From contig CALWKH010000003.1 of NCBI GenBank assembly GCA_944381195.1, positions 1 to 33,812 on the forward strand: 33,812 bases of DNA, given 5' to 3'. Below, piece after piece: positions 1 to 7,890 of the stretch. This stretch comes from an uncultured Clostridia bacterium. GTDB taxonomy: Bacteria; Bacillota; Clostridia; Christensenellales; UBA1242. A program made the position numbers and the translations under genes. The notes under the pieces were generated by a model. The model did not search any database. It was given only the letters and a program-made list of their open reading frames with translations, and had not been told where the DNA came from. Position 1 is the first letter of the stretch. Each line of letters starts with the position of its first letter.

Positions 1-18
1 AATATTTTTTGTATTTAA

Positions 19-210
19 TATCTATCTCTTTTCATATTATAAGGGCTTGGCGAATTATAAAATTTTGTTTTAAGGTTGTTAGTCTGATTTTTATACATAC
101 TTTTTTCCTTTTATATTAACTTAGTGGATTGCTAAATTTTGTTTTATAGATTTGCTGGTTAGATTTTTATTTTTTATATATTTCTACTTTATTGGCTTGG
201 TGGGTTATGA
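19..210. repeat. degenerate ~75-bp tandem repeat, left flank
   Basis: aaattttgtttta occurs at ~60 and ~134, each followed by a similar ..gattttta tract; cttgg/cttag recurs at 46, 120, 196. Confidence 0.5.
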
Positions 211-217
211 GGAGCGC

Positions 218-295
218 GCAAGGGCTTTGCGCCACGGGTGGCGCTGTGCGCACATAAAATGTGCGCTTTTGCGTGCAAACGCAAAAAGCCCTTGC
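218..295. other. GC-rich four-way-junction (cloverleaf) palindromic element
   Basis: Outer stem gcaagggcttt(218-228)/aaagcccttgc(285-295) enclosing gcgccac-gg-gtggcgc (229-244), gcgcacat-aaa-atgtgcgc (248-266), ttgcgt-gcaa-acgcaa (269-284). Confidence 0.8.
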
Positions 296-560
296 AATAG
301 CCCGTTTTAACCTTTTTTGTTCCTATCTCCAACAACAAAAAAACTTAAAACAATCAAAATCTTGCATACCTGAATACCCCGTTTTAAAGGTCTTTGTTTC
401 TATTTTTACAATCTTTCATAACATCAAAAATATTCAAAGCCCTCACAAAATTGTTTTAAATGTTTTTATCTCTATTCTCTCTCGTAACACAAAAACTAAA
501 CAACTAAAAACTTGCAAATATAACTTTTACATCTGTTGTTTTTTAAAATATTTTCTCTCT
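296..560. repeat. degenerate ~75-bp tandem repeat, right flank
   Basis: aatagcccgttttaa (296) vs aataccccgttttaa (373); gttttaa at 304, 381, 453; cttgca at 291, 361, 511; aaagccct at 285 and 436. Confidence 0.5.
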
Positions 561-695
561 TATAATCTAGGCTTGAAGAGTGAGTGGATTTTTTGTTGTT
601 GACTGAATTTTTATCTATGTTTGGTAAAAAAATTCATTAAAAATTTAAAAAATGGAGTATATCTACTCCATTTTTATATAATACTTTTTATCATC

Positions 696-2189
696 TTACG
701 CACTGAGTTCTTCCAAAATCACTGTTCCGTCAAGCCAAGAAGCAATGTAACTTTCAATTTTTCGTCCACTTGTTTTGCTGAAAGTTTCTATCATTTGTGT
801 GGGAGTGATTTCCTGCATTGCATATTTTTCATAGAGTGCTTGCAAGCATTTTTCCATTTTGCTTTGTCCTATCACCTCTGCAATGCTATCAAACATCAAA
901 ACACCCTTTACATATGTTAGATAGACATATTCTGTTTCGGTGTTAAAGGTGGAAATTGGTCTGTTCATTGAACTGTCCAGATTGCCATACACCTCGCCAT
1001 AGACATCACAAAAAAGGAGATAGGAACTTAAGGCATTGCCAATCACTTCGCTTGTTGTCTGCCCATATTCTTCGTTAAGGTCATAGAACAGCGCGGTTGA
1101 ATATTCCGCAAGTCCTTCATCAATGAAGCCATATTTGATTTGGTTATTGCCAACCACACCATACCACCATTGATGAGCAATTTCGTGAATTATGACATTG
1201 TTATATTCAGCCTCGTTGGTAACTTGGTCGGAGATATAAACAAGATTTGAATATTCCATTCCCCCGTGAAGAAAGCACGCTTTTACAACATTTAGAACAT
1301 TGTAGGGATATTCCCCAATTAAATCGTTAAAAGTTTCAAGCGCGTCAACAGCAGTTTGCAAATGAGCCTGGGCATTTTCATCTTCAAAATAGAAATAATT
1401 TATGGTTACATCGTCAACCTGCGTGCTGATAACATCAAACTCGCTGGAAAGAACCATGGCAAAATCTCTTATTGCAAGAGCCTGATAGACATCGGTTGTT
1501 TTTCCGTTTTCGGTCGTTGAAGATTGAAGTTCGCCCGAACTTGCAAGGGTTAGACTGCTGTCATATGTGAGTGTTACAACATAGTTTGCAATTTGATTGT
1601 AAAATGGGTCACCAGACGGAAGATAGCCTTCAGTGTTCCACTCTTCTCCTTCAAAAACACAAACTGACGGATACCAGTTTCCAAGATTGATGGTGTGTTT
1701 GCCATATCCAAAGCGGTGATTTACATTTGGTATTGTTAACTGAAAATCAATTTCAATTTCGGTCATGTCACCACTTTTGAGTGCGTTTGAAAGGTCAACT
1801 TTCAAAAGGTGGTCATCAGCACCCTCAACAGAAAAGTTTGTGTCTTCTCCGTTTTGTTTTGCTGACAAAATTTCAATGCCACCGTATGAAACGCCATTAT
1901 CATACGCCCTTTCGGCTTGCGTTTGGCTTACAGCATAATTTGTGCTTGCACCCTCACTGAAAGCATTTGGATGAAGATGAAAATAGATAAACTCAAATGT
2001 GCTTGCGCTTTGATTGGTATAACTAAGCGTCATACTGGCAGAAAGAGTTTTGTTTTCATTATCCAAAGTTGCAACAATTTCATAGGTATTGGCAGTTTCA
2101 CTTGCCCTTGTTACAATATCGGTCGTTGAACAGCCAAAAAACAAAAAAGGCAAAAATAAAATGCTTAAAAATGCAAGAATTTTTTTCAT
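696..2189 (-). CDS. M1-family zinc metallopeptidase, predicted lipoprotein
   Basis: GGMEY (GxMEN-like), HEIAHQWW...DEGLAEY zinc motif, YVKG; N-terminal signal with lipobox LFFGC; RBS ggggg. Confidence 0.9.
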   Translation of the reverse strand: MKKILAFLSILFLPFLFFGCSTTDIVTRASETANTYEIVATLDNENKTLSASMTLSYTNQSASTFEFIYFHLHPNAFSEGASTNYAVSQTQAERAYDNGVSYGGIEILSAKQNGEDTNFSVEGADDHLLKVDLSNALKSGDMTEIEIDFQLTIPNVNHRFGYGKHTINLGNWYPSVCVFEGEEWNTEGYLPSGDPFYNQIANYVVTLTYDSSLTLASSGELQSSTTENGKTTDVYQALAIRDFAMVLSSEFDVISTQVDDVTINYFYFEDENAQAHLQTAVDALETFNDLIGEYPYNVLNVVKACFLHGGMEYSNLVYISDQVTNEAEYNNVIIHEIAHQWWYGVVGNNQIKYGFIDEGLAEYSTALFYDLNEEYGQTTSEVIGNALSSYLLFCDVYGEVYGNLDSSMNRPISTFNTETEYVYLTYVKGVLMFDSIAEVIGQSKMEKCLQALYEKYAMQEITPTQMIETFSKTSGRKIESYIASWLDGTVILEELSA

Positions 2190-2208
2190 AAATTCCCCCT
2201 TTAACGCT

Positions 2209-2238
2209 ATTTTATGAGGGTATTTGTCTATGTTATGA
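2209..2238 (-). promoter_or_regulatory. putative sigma-E (mother-cell) promoter of the M1 peptidase
   Basis: Minus strand TCATAAC-15 bp-CATAAAAT, close to the sigE consensus TCATATT-N14/15-CATACAAT. Confidence 0.55.
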
Positions 2239-2316
2239 TTTTTATTTTATAAATTTTGCAATTTCTATTGTTTTAATTGTAAATTTTTGATATATTTAAC
2301 TTTGAGGTTATTAAAA

Positions 2317-3774
2317 ATGGCTTTTTGTAAATTTTCAAGTGAAATTTCTCAAGATGGTGTTACCGTTGTAAATAACACCTTTTTTGAACAATTTTTGCCT
2401 TTTGCAACAGGCACACAAATTAAAGTTTATCTTTATGGGCTTTATCTTTGTTCAAACCAAGATAGCCTTAAATCAAATCTTTCCAACCTGCAAACTTTTG
2501 CTGACAATCTTTCTCTGTCTTGTGATGAAGTGATGAATGCTTTTGGCTTTTGGCAAGAACAGGGCTTGGTGCAAATTATTGAAACCACTCCTCCACAAAT
2601 TCAATATATGCCAGCAAAACTTGCTATTCCAAAAAAGAAAATCAGTTCAAACAAATATGAACAATTCAACCTGCAGGTCCAAAGCGTCATTTCTGGCAGA
2701 ATGATAAATCCAAATGAATATAACGAATATCACCTTTTGCTTGAAACATTGAACATGAGCAAAGAAGCACTTTTGATGATTATTCAATATTGTGTGGAAC
2801 TTAAAGGCAACAAAGTTTTATATCCATATATCATAACCATTGCAAAGCAGTGGGCGTATGAAGGCATTTTGACACTGGAACAAGTGGAAGAAAGACTGAA
2901 AGAATATAATGAAACTGATGATAGTTTAAGAAAAATTTTAAAGGCTATGGGAATTTCTAAAAATGCAAGCCTTGAAGAGCGTGAAATGTTCCTTAAATGG
3001 ACAAAGAAGTTTGAATTTTCATTTGATGTTATTCTTTTTGTTGCAAAAATGCTTAAAAAAGGTGGATTTACAAAACTTGACAGCAAACTTACAAAATATT
3101 ATGAACAACGCCTTATGAGCCAAAAAGAAATTGAAGACTATGAAAACAACAAAGATACTCTTTTTGGCATTGCAAAGGAAATCAACAAAACTCTTGGAGT
3201 TTATTATGAGAATCTTGAAAACATTGTTGATACCTATATCTCCCCTTGGCTGAACCGTGGATATAATCTTGATACTTTAAAAATTATTGCAAACTATTGC
3301 TTTAAAAACAGCATACGCAATCTTGAAGGAATGAACACTGTTGTTCAAAAATTTTACAAAATGGGACTCACCTCTGTTGAAAGTCTTGCTCAATTTGTGG
3401 CAAGGTCAAAAATGCAAGATGAACAAATCAGAAAAATTCTTGACAAGGCAAACCTTATTAGAAATGTTACTTCGCTTGACCGAGAATTCTATCAAACTTG
3501 GGTGTATTCTTGGAATATGCCACAAGATGTGATTGAGTATGCTTCCACCCTATCAGCTAAGTCGGCACAGCCAATGCAATATATCAACAAAATTCTTGCA
3601 AACTGGTTTGAAAAGAAAATTAGCAATTTAGAAGACGCTCGCCTTGCAAGTGATTTGTTTAAAGTTGGTGCAGGCATTGAAGGAACAGAAGACAAAACAG
3701 TTTATCATGGAAGGACATATTCAAAAGAAGAATTGGACAGTCTTATTTGTGATATTGACGAAATTGAAATTTAA
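2317..3774 (+). CDS. DnaD/DnaB-domain replication initiation protein
   Basis: N-terminal winged-helix-like IKVYLYGL..FW.EQGLV; repeated DnaD-like segments ending YII.IAKQW and YINKILANW; ATG 2317 after gaggt RBS; followed by helicase-loader ATPase. Confidence 0.8.
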   Translation: MAFCKFSSEISQDGVTVVNNTFFEQFLPFATGTQIKVYLYGLYLCSNQDSLKSNLSNLQTFADNLSLSCDEVMNAFGFWQEQGLVQIIETTPPQIQYMPAKLAIPKKKISSNKYEQFNLQVQSVISGRMINPNEYNEYHLLLETLNMSKEALLMIIQYCVELKGNKVLYPYIITIAKQWAYEGILTLEQVEERLKEYNETDDSLRKILKAMGISKNASLEEREMFLKWTKKFEFSFDVILFVAKMLKKGGFTKLDSKLTKYYEQRLMSQKEIEDYENNKDTLFGIAKEINKTLGVYYENLENIVDTYISPWLNRGYNLDTLKIIANYCFKNSIRNLEGMNTVVQKFYKMGLTSVESLAQFVARSKMQDEQIRKILDKANLIRNVTSLDREFYQTWVYSWNMPQDVIEYASTLSAKSAQPMQYINKILANWFEKKISNLEDARLASDLFKVGAGIEGTEDKTVYHGRTYSKEELDSLICDIDEIEI

Positions 3775-3785
3775 AAGAGGAAAAT

Positions 3786-4721
3786 ATGGACAAAATATCA
3801 ATCATTGAAGAAGTCTTAAGAGAACTTTCGCAACAAAGAGTCAGCGCAGAACTTTTGGCAAAGCAAAACCTGCTTGATGCAAGAAAAAAAAGTGCTGGCT
3901 TTAAAAAAATTGATGATTTAATAAGAGAAAAAACGGTTGAATATGCAAGTTATAACAAAGAGGAAGACCGCGCAAAAAAACTTTTGTTTGAAATCAGAGA
4001 ACTTAAAACAAAAAGAATTGATGAACTTAAAAAAATTGGCATGACAAAAAAAGACATCGAACCGAACTTTGATTGTGAAAAATGTAAAGACAAAGGCTTT
4101 GTTGACGGCAAGATGTGTTCGTGTTTGGCTTCAAAGGTGCATGAGAAACTTTTGAAACGAAGTGGACTTCCAACATTTGTTGGACACAATTTTAAAGATA
4201 GCAATGAAAAATTTTTAGAAGAAAATAAAACTCTTGCAAAAACTTTTGAGCTTGCAAAAATTTATGTTGAAAAATTTCCAGATGTCAAAACACCAAATCT
4301 CATTTTTATGGGTGATGTTGGAGTTGGAAAAACCTTTTTGCTTGAATGTATAGCAAGTGCTTTGATTGAAAAATGCGTTTATGTTGTTTATGTGACAGCA
4401 TTCAATTTTTCAAACACCATGCTTAAAGCCCTTACCCTTGAACCAAATGAAAGGGAAATTATTTTGTCTAATTTCTTGGACTGCGACATTTTGATTATTG
4501 ATGACATGGGAAGTGAACCAATGTATCGCAACCTTTCTACTGCAAATCTTTTCACCATTTTTAATGAAAGAGACATCAAGGGTAAACCAACTTTGATTTC
4601 AACGAATTTAAATTTTGAAGATTTTGAAAAAAGATATGGCACAAGGCTTTTCAGCAGAATTTTTAACAAAAGAACAGCAAGAGCAATTTTGTTTGAAGGC
4701 AAAGATTTGAGAATCAGTTAA
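3786..4721 (+). CDS. dnaC: DnaC/DnaI-like helicase loader (IstB-type AAA+ ATPase)
   Basis: Zn motif CEKCKDKG...CSC, Walker A GDVGVGKT, Walker B IIDDMGSE, ISTNL, RLFSRI, GKDLR. Confidence 0.85.
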   Translation: MDKISIIEEVLRELSQQRVSAELLAKQNLLDARKKSAGFKKIDDLIREKTVEYASYNKEEDRAKKLLFEIRELKTKRIDELKKIGMTKKDIEPNFDCEKCKDKGFVDGKMCSCLASKVHEKLLKRSGLPTFVGHNFKDSNEKFLEENKTLAKTFELAKIYVEKFPDVKTPNLIFMGDVGVGKTFLLECIASALIEKCVYVVYVTAFNFSNTMLKALTLEPNEREIILSNFLDCDILIIDDMGSEPMYRNLSTANLFTIFNERDIKGKPTLISTNLNFEDFEKRYGTRLFSRIFNKRTARAILFEGKDLRIS

Positions 4722-4735
4722 AGTTTTTAAATAAA

Positions 4736-4769
4736 AAAAGGATAGTAAAATTAAAATTGCTATCCTTTT
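4736..4769. terminator. bidirectional intrinsic terminator
   Basis: aaaaggatagtaa/ttgctatcctttt inverted repeat with A and T tracts between convergent genes. Confidence 0.75.
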
Positions 4770-4830
4770 ATTTTGTCACTTTCAAAGGTCACAGACATTT
4801 TTTATTTTTTAATTTTTAAAATTTAATATT

Positions 4831-5595
4831 TTAATCATCAAGATTGAATGCTGTCATAATTTCGGCAAGGCTTTCTTTTGGTGTTAAAGCCTCTTCAAGT
4901 GAAAAGCCGTTTGTTTTCTTGTTCATTGCCTGCATAAATTCCCTTGGTGGAATTGAAAAAATTTCCTTACCCATACCCATTGATTTTGGAATTTTGCCAC
5001 CCTGACCATTAAGAAATTTTTCTGCCTCCGAAGGTGTTACGCTTTCTGTTTCGTTTTTCTGCGAAGTGGAGGCTTGTTTTTTGTTTTGAATTGTTCTTGA
5101 ATTAAAAGCACTGTAGTCATTTTTTAAATTCTTATCAAAACTTGGTGCTGCTGGCATGATTCCAGACATTCTGGAAAGCACACTTTTTGCATAACTTTTT
5201 GTGGCTTGATGTTCGGCTGTGGAACTGTCTACAATGACCTTTAAAGCATATTGAAAATCTTGCGTCAAGTCAAGAATTTCATCATATGAAACCAAAGGCA
5301 CAACTTTATCTTTCAATCGTTGCCAAGTTTGTGTCCATTTTTTATATAACAGTTGCAATCTCTGTGCCTCAAGTGAACGCAAGTTTTGTGTTGACTCAAT
5401 TATGTTTTGAGTTTTTTCTTCTCTTTGAACATAATCAAGAACAATGTCCTGCAAGTTATGTATCTTTCTTTCCAACGAGGAAATCATGCTGTTTTTTTCT
5501 TTTATTTGCGCCTGATGTTCTGCTTTAAGGCGTGCCAAAGTTATGTCTACTTCACGGGTAGAATAGCCATTTTGCTCTCTTGAAAATTGCTCCAT
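4831..5595 (-). CDS. DivIVA/GpsB-like N-terminal domain coiled-coil protein
   Basis: Starts MEQFSREQNGYSTREVD (DivIVA F-x5-GY-x3-EVD pattern) then coiled coil; ATG 5595 with ggagg RBS, 1 nt after lgt stop. Confidence 0.6.
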   Translation of the reverse strand: MEQFSREQNGYSTREVDITLARLKAEHQAQIKEKNSMISSLERKIHNLQDIVLDYVQREEKTQNIIESTQNLRSLEAQRLQLLYKKWTQTWQRLKDKVVPLVSYDEILDLTQDFQYALKVIVDSSTAEHQATKSYAKSVLSRMSGIMPAAPSFDKNLKNDYSAFNSRTIQNKKQASTSQKNETESVTPSEAEKFLNGQGGKIPKSMGMGKEIFSIPPREFMQAMNKKTNGFSLEEALTPKESLAEIMTAFNLDD

Positions 5596-5596
5596 T

Positions 5597-6379
5597 TTAA
5601 ACCTCCACTTTAACTTTCTTTGCCTTTTTGAAATAAAGAACAAGTTGAGTTATTAAAAGTGCCACACCGCCAATTATAATCAAAATGCTTAAAAATTGAC
5701 TTACCTTGATTGAACCAATAAAGAGTGCAGCGCTGTCATCTCTTAAGCCTTCCAAAAATGCCCTGATGATTCCATAGCCAATCATATATCCGCTTAGCAC
5801 AACACCTTTGATAACATTTTTCTTTGGCAAAACCAAAATCAAAATAAGAGCGATGCAAAGCAAGAAGTTAAAGAAACTTTCATAGAAAAATGTTGCCAAA
5901 TGCCATTCTCCATTAATCATGACAGACATTGGAAAATATTGCAGACTTTCATTTGTTGTTTCAACACCATAGCAACACCCAGCAAAATAGCAACCAATTC
6001 TGCCAATTGCCTGCCCCAAGATTAAGCAAGGCGCAGCCACATCTGCAACATTAAGAAAGTTTTTCTTGCGAACAAGACAATACAGCATAACACCAAAGGC
6101 ACCACCAATAACAGAACCATATACTGCAAGTCCACCAGACCAAATTGCAAAAGACTCCCAGCCCCATGGTCCGCCGTTAAAGATTAAAAAGTAAAGCCTT
6201 GCGCCAATGATTGCTGGAATGATTACCCAAAGCAAAATTTCAAAAATATCATCTGTTTTAAGCCCTCTGTATTTTGCCAAAAAACAACCCAAGACAACAG
6301 CCAAAATTATGGCAAGAGTTATTATAATGCCATACCAATGAATTGATAAACCAAAGATTGTGAAAGCCACATCGCTCAT
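5597..6379 (-). CDS. lgt: prolipoprotein diacylglyceryl transferase
   Basis: IHWYG, IIGARLYF, IWSGGLAVYG, GQAIGRIGC, H-x-T-x-x-YES, RAFLEGLR. Confidence 0.95.
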   Translation of the reverse strand: MSDVAFTIFGLSIHWYGIIITLAIILAVVLGCFLAKYRGLKTDDIFEILLWVIIPAIIGARLYFLIFNGGPWGWESFAIWSGGLAVYGSVIGGAFGVMLYCLVRKKNFLNVADVAAPCLILGQAIGRIGCYFAGCCYGVETTNESLQYFPMSVMINGEWHLATFFYESFFNFLLCIALILILVLPKKNVIKGVVLSGYMIGYGIIRAFLEGLRDDSAALFIGSIKVSQFLSILIIIGGVALLITQLVLYFKKAKKVKVEV

Positions 6380-6402
6380 TACAAACTCCCACCTTTTATT
6401 TC

Positions 6403-6431
6403 ATTATAAAACGGAAAGACAAAAAAGTCAA
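6403..6431 (-). promoter_or_regulatory. sigma-A promoter of lgt operon
   Basis: TTGACT-17 bp-TATAAT on minus strand. Confidence 0.75.
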
Positions 6432-6562
6432 TGAAATTTAGTTTATAAAAAATCAAACTGTGAATAAATTTTAGTTCTAGACTATATAAAAATTTAATTT
6501 TATTTTTTTTCAAAATAAAACAAGCATAAGATTTTTACACTAACTTAACTAGATGTAAGTGA

Positions 6563-6710
6563 TTATGTTGGAGAATTTAAGATTATATAAAAATTAGACA
6601 GGTCTTTAAACTCGCCATTTTTCTCATGCTCTTTAACAATCTCTTCAACCAAGCCCATACCAACATTTTTTAAACCACCTAACCCAAATAAATAATTTTG
6701 TTTTGCGAAT
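6563..6710 (-). pseudogene. dnaE: fragment of DNA polymerase III alpha subunit (HhH region)
   Basis: Minus-strand translation FGLGGLKNVGMGLVEEIVKEHEKNGEFKDLSNF matches the DnaE I-x-FGL-x-AIK-x-VG...ER-x-x-NG-x-F-x-x-L-x-DF segment; no full gene around it. Confidence 0.75.
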
Positions 6711-6862
6711 AATTTTTATGAATAAACCACGTAATTTTACAAAAATAACTAGAACAGATTTAAAAATGTTTGTATTTTATTTTACAATCTTAACAAAAAA
6801 ATGTTGAAAACTTTTGCAATATTTGCTTGTCATTTTCAACATTTTCATATGTTTATCTAAAA

Positions 6863-7792
6863 CTATGGAGCTGGAGGAGTTGGCTCTGGCGCTTTTCTAG
6901 AAGCGATTGATGTTTTAAGTGCTTCCAATTCCTCTTTGCTGTATGTATCAGTTCCCGCAACGACTGTTTTTGTGTCTCGAAGTGGAGTGTCATCTACTGA
7001 GTGTCTGATAACAACCCTTGAAATTCCCTCCGTTTTGTTTATAAGATTCTTTAAATCATAACGAAGCATATCATAATAAACATCATTATCTGCTACTGCA
7101 ATATCAGTTCTTCCATATGTGTTGCCATCAGTGCCAATAAATTTAACGTAATCAATCTTAGCATTTTTCTCTGTTGTGTTATATTCACGTTTAATCTTTT
7201 CTTTTTGCTCATCAGAATAATCAAAAGTTTCAAGAATTTTCAAACTTTCTTCCAAGCTTAATTTATCTTTGTTTCTCCAATCTTCAACAGACTCATCTGT
7301 TCTGTCAACACCATCATGAATGCGGTTTTTTAAATATTCAAATTCTTTATCTGATAGGTATTTTTTCTTTTCCGCCTTGTTCATATCTTTGGCAAATTTT
7401 GCTTCATTTTTGAGTAAAGCCTTGGCATCCAAAGGTTGACCCCGTTTGTTTGTGCGTTCATCTCTTTTTCTACTTTCTTCCAAAAGACGAATTTTTAGAC
7501 GATTTTTTCTGTTCGCAACCCATGCAACCACCGAACCAATTGCGCACCCTATTGCAGAAAAAGCAAGGGTTCCATTTATTGCATACCACATTGGACCAAA
7601 AGCAGCAAAAACGCCACCAAAAGAAAGCATTCCAGCAACCAAAAAGCCAATAAGACCTGCCGCAACAAGCCCAAGAGCAATGTAAACACGCTTTGACCTC
7701 TTTGATGCTTTATAAAGGTCTTGAATTTCAGCATCATCTGGAAGGTCTACTCTTTCCGCTCTTCTCCTTCTTAATTTATCAAAAATCCCCAT
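6863..7792 (-). CDS. hypothetical membrane protein (two N-proximal TM segments, charged soluble C-terminal domain)
   Basis: Hydrophobic stretches VYIALGLVAAGLIGFLVAGML and LAFSAIGCAIGSVVAWV; ATG 7792 with aaggaag RBS; the track's TTG at 7852 is the -35 box. Confidence 0.8.
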   Translation of the reverse strand: MGIFDKLRRRRAERVDLPDDAEIQDLYKASKRSKRVYIALGLVAAGLIGFLVAGMLSFGGVFAAFGPMWYAINGTLAFSAIGCAIGSVVAWVANRKNRLKIRLLEESRKRDERTNKRGQPLDAKALLKNEAKFAKDMNKAEKKKYLSDKEFEYLKNRIHDGVDRTDESVEDWRNKDKLSLEESLKILETFDYSDEQKEKIKREYNTTEKNAKIDYVKFIGTDGNTYGRTDIAVADNDVYYDMLRYDLKNLINKTEGISRVVIRHSVDDTPLRDTKTVVAGTDTYSKEELEALKTSIASRKAPEPTPPAP

Positions 7793-7823
7793 TTTTTGAA
7801 CTTCCTTTTTTCTTTGTATGCAT

Positions 7824-7852
7824 ATTATAACATAAAATAAGAAATAATGCAA
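7824..7852 (-). promoter_or_regulatory. sigma-A promoter, extended -10
   Basis: TTGCAT-17 bp-TATAAT with TG at -15/-14. Confidence 0.7.
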
Positions 7853-7890
7853 TACCCTTTTTTAAAATCTTTTATGCTGCTTATTTATTA

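Noticed and set aside
218-295. tRNA interpretation of the cloverleaf
   Set aside because: No TTC T-loop, D-loop GG, 7-nt anticodon loop or CCA end; loops are only 2-4 nt
19-560. CRISPR array interpretation of the periodic repeats
   Set aside because: Units are highly degenerate with no identical repeat/unique spacer pattern and no cas genes
261-920. ORFs 261-602 and 621-920 (+)
   Set aside because: No RBS or recognisable motifs; the first runs through the repeat region and the second is mostly antisense to the peptidase
2317-4721. Prophage replication module or IS21 istB
   Set aside because: The long DnaD-domain plus DnaC pair is the usual chromosomal clostridial arrangement; no phage genes or istA nearby
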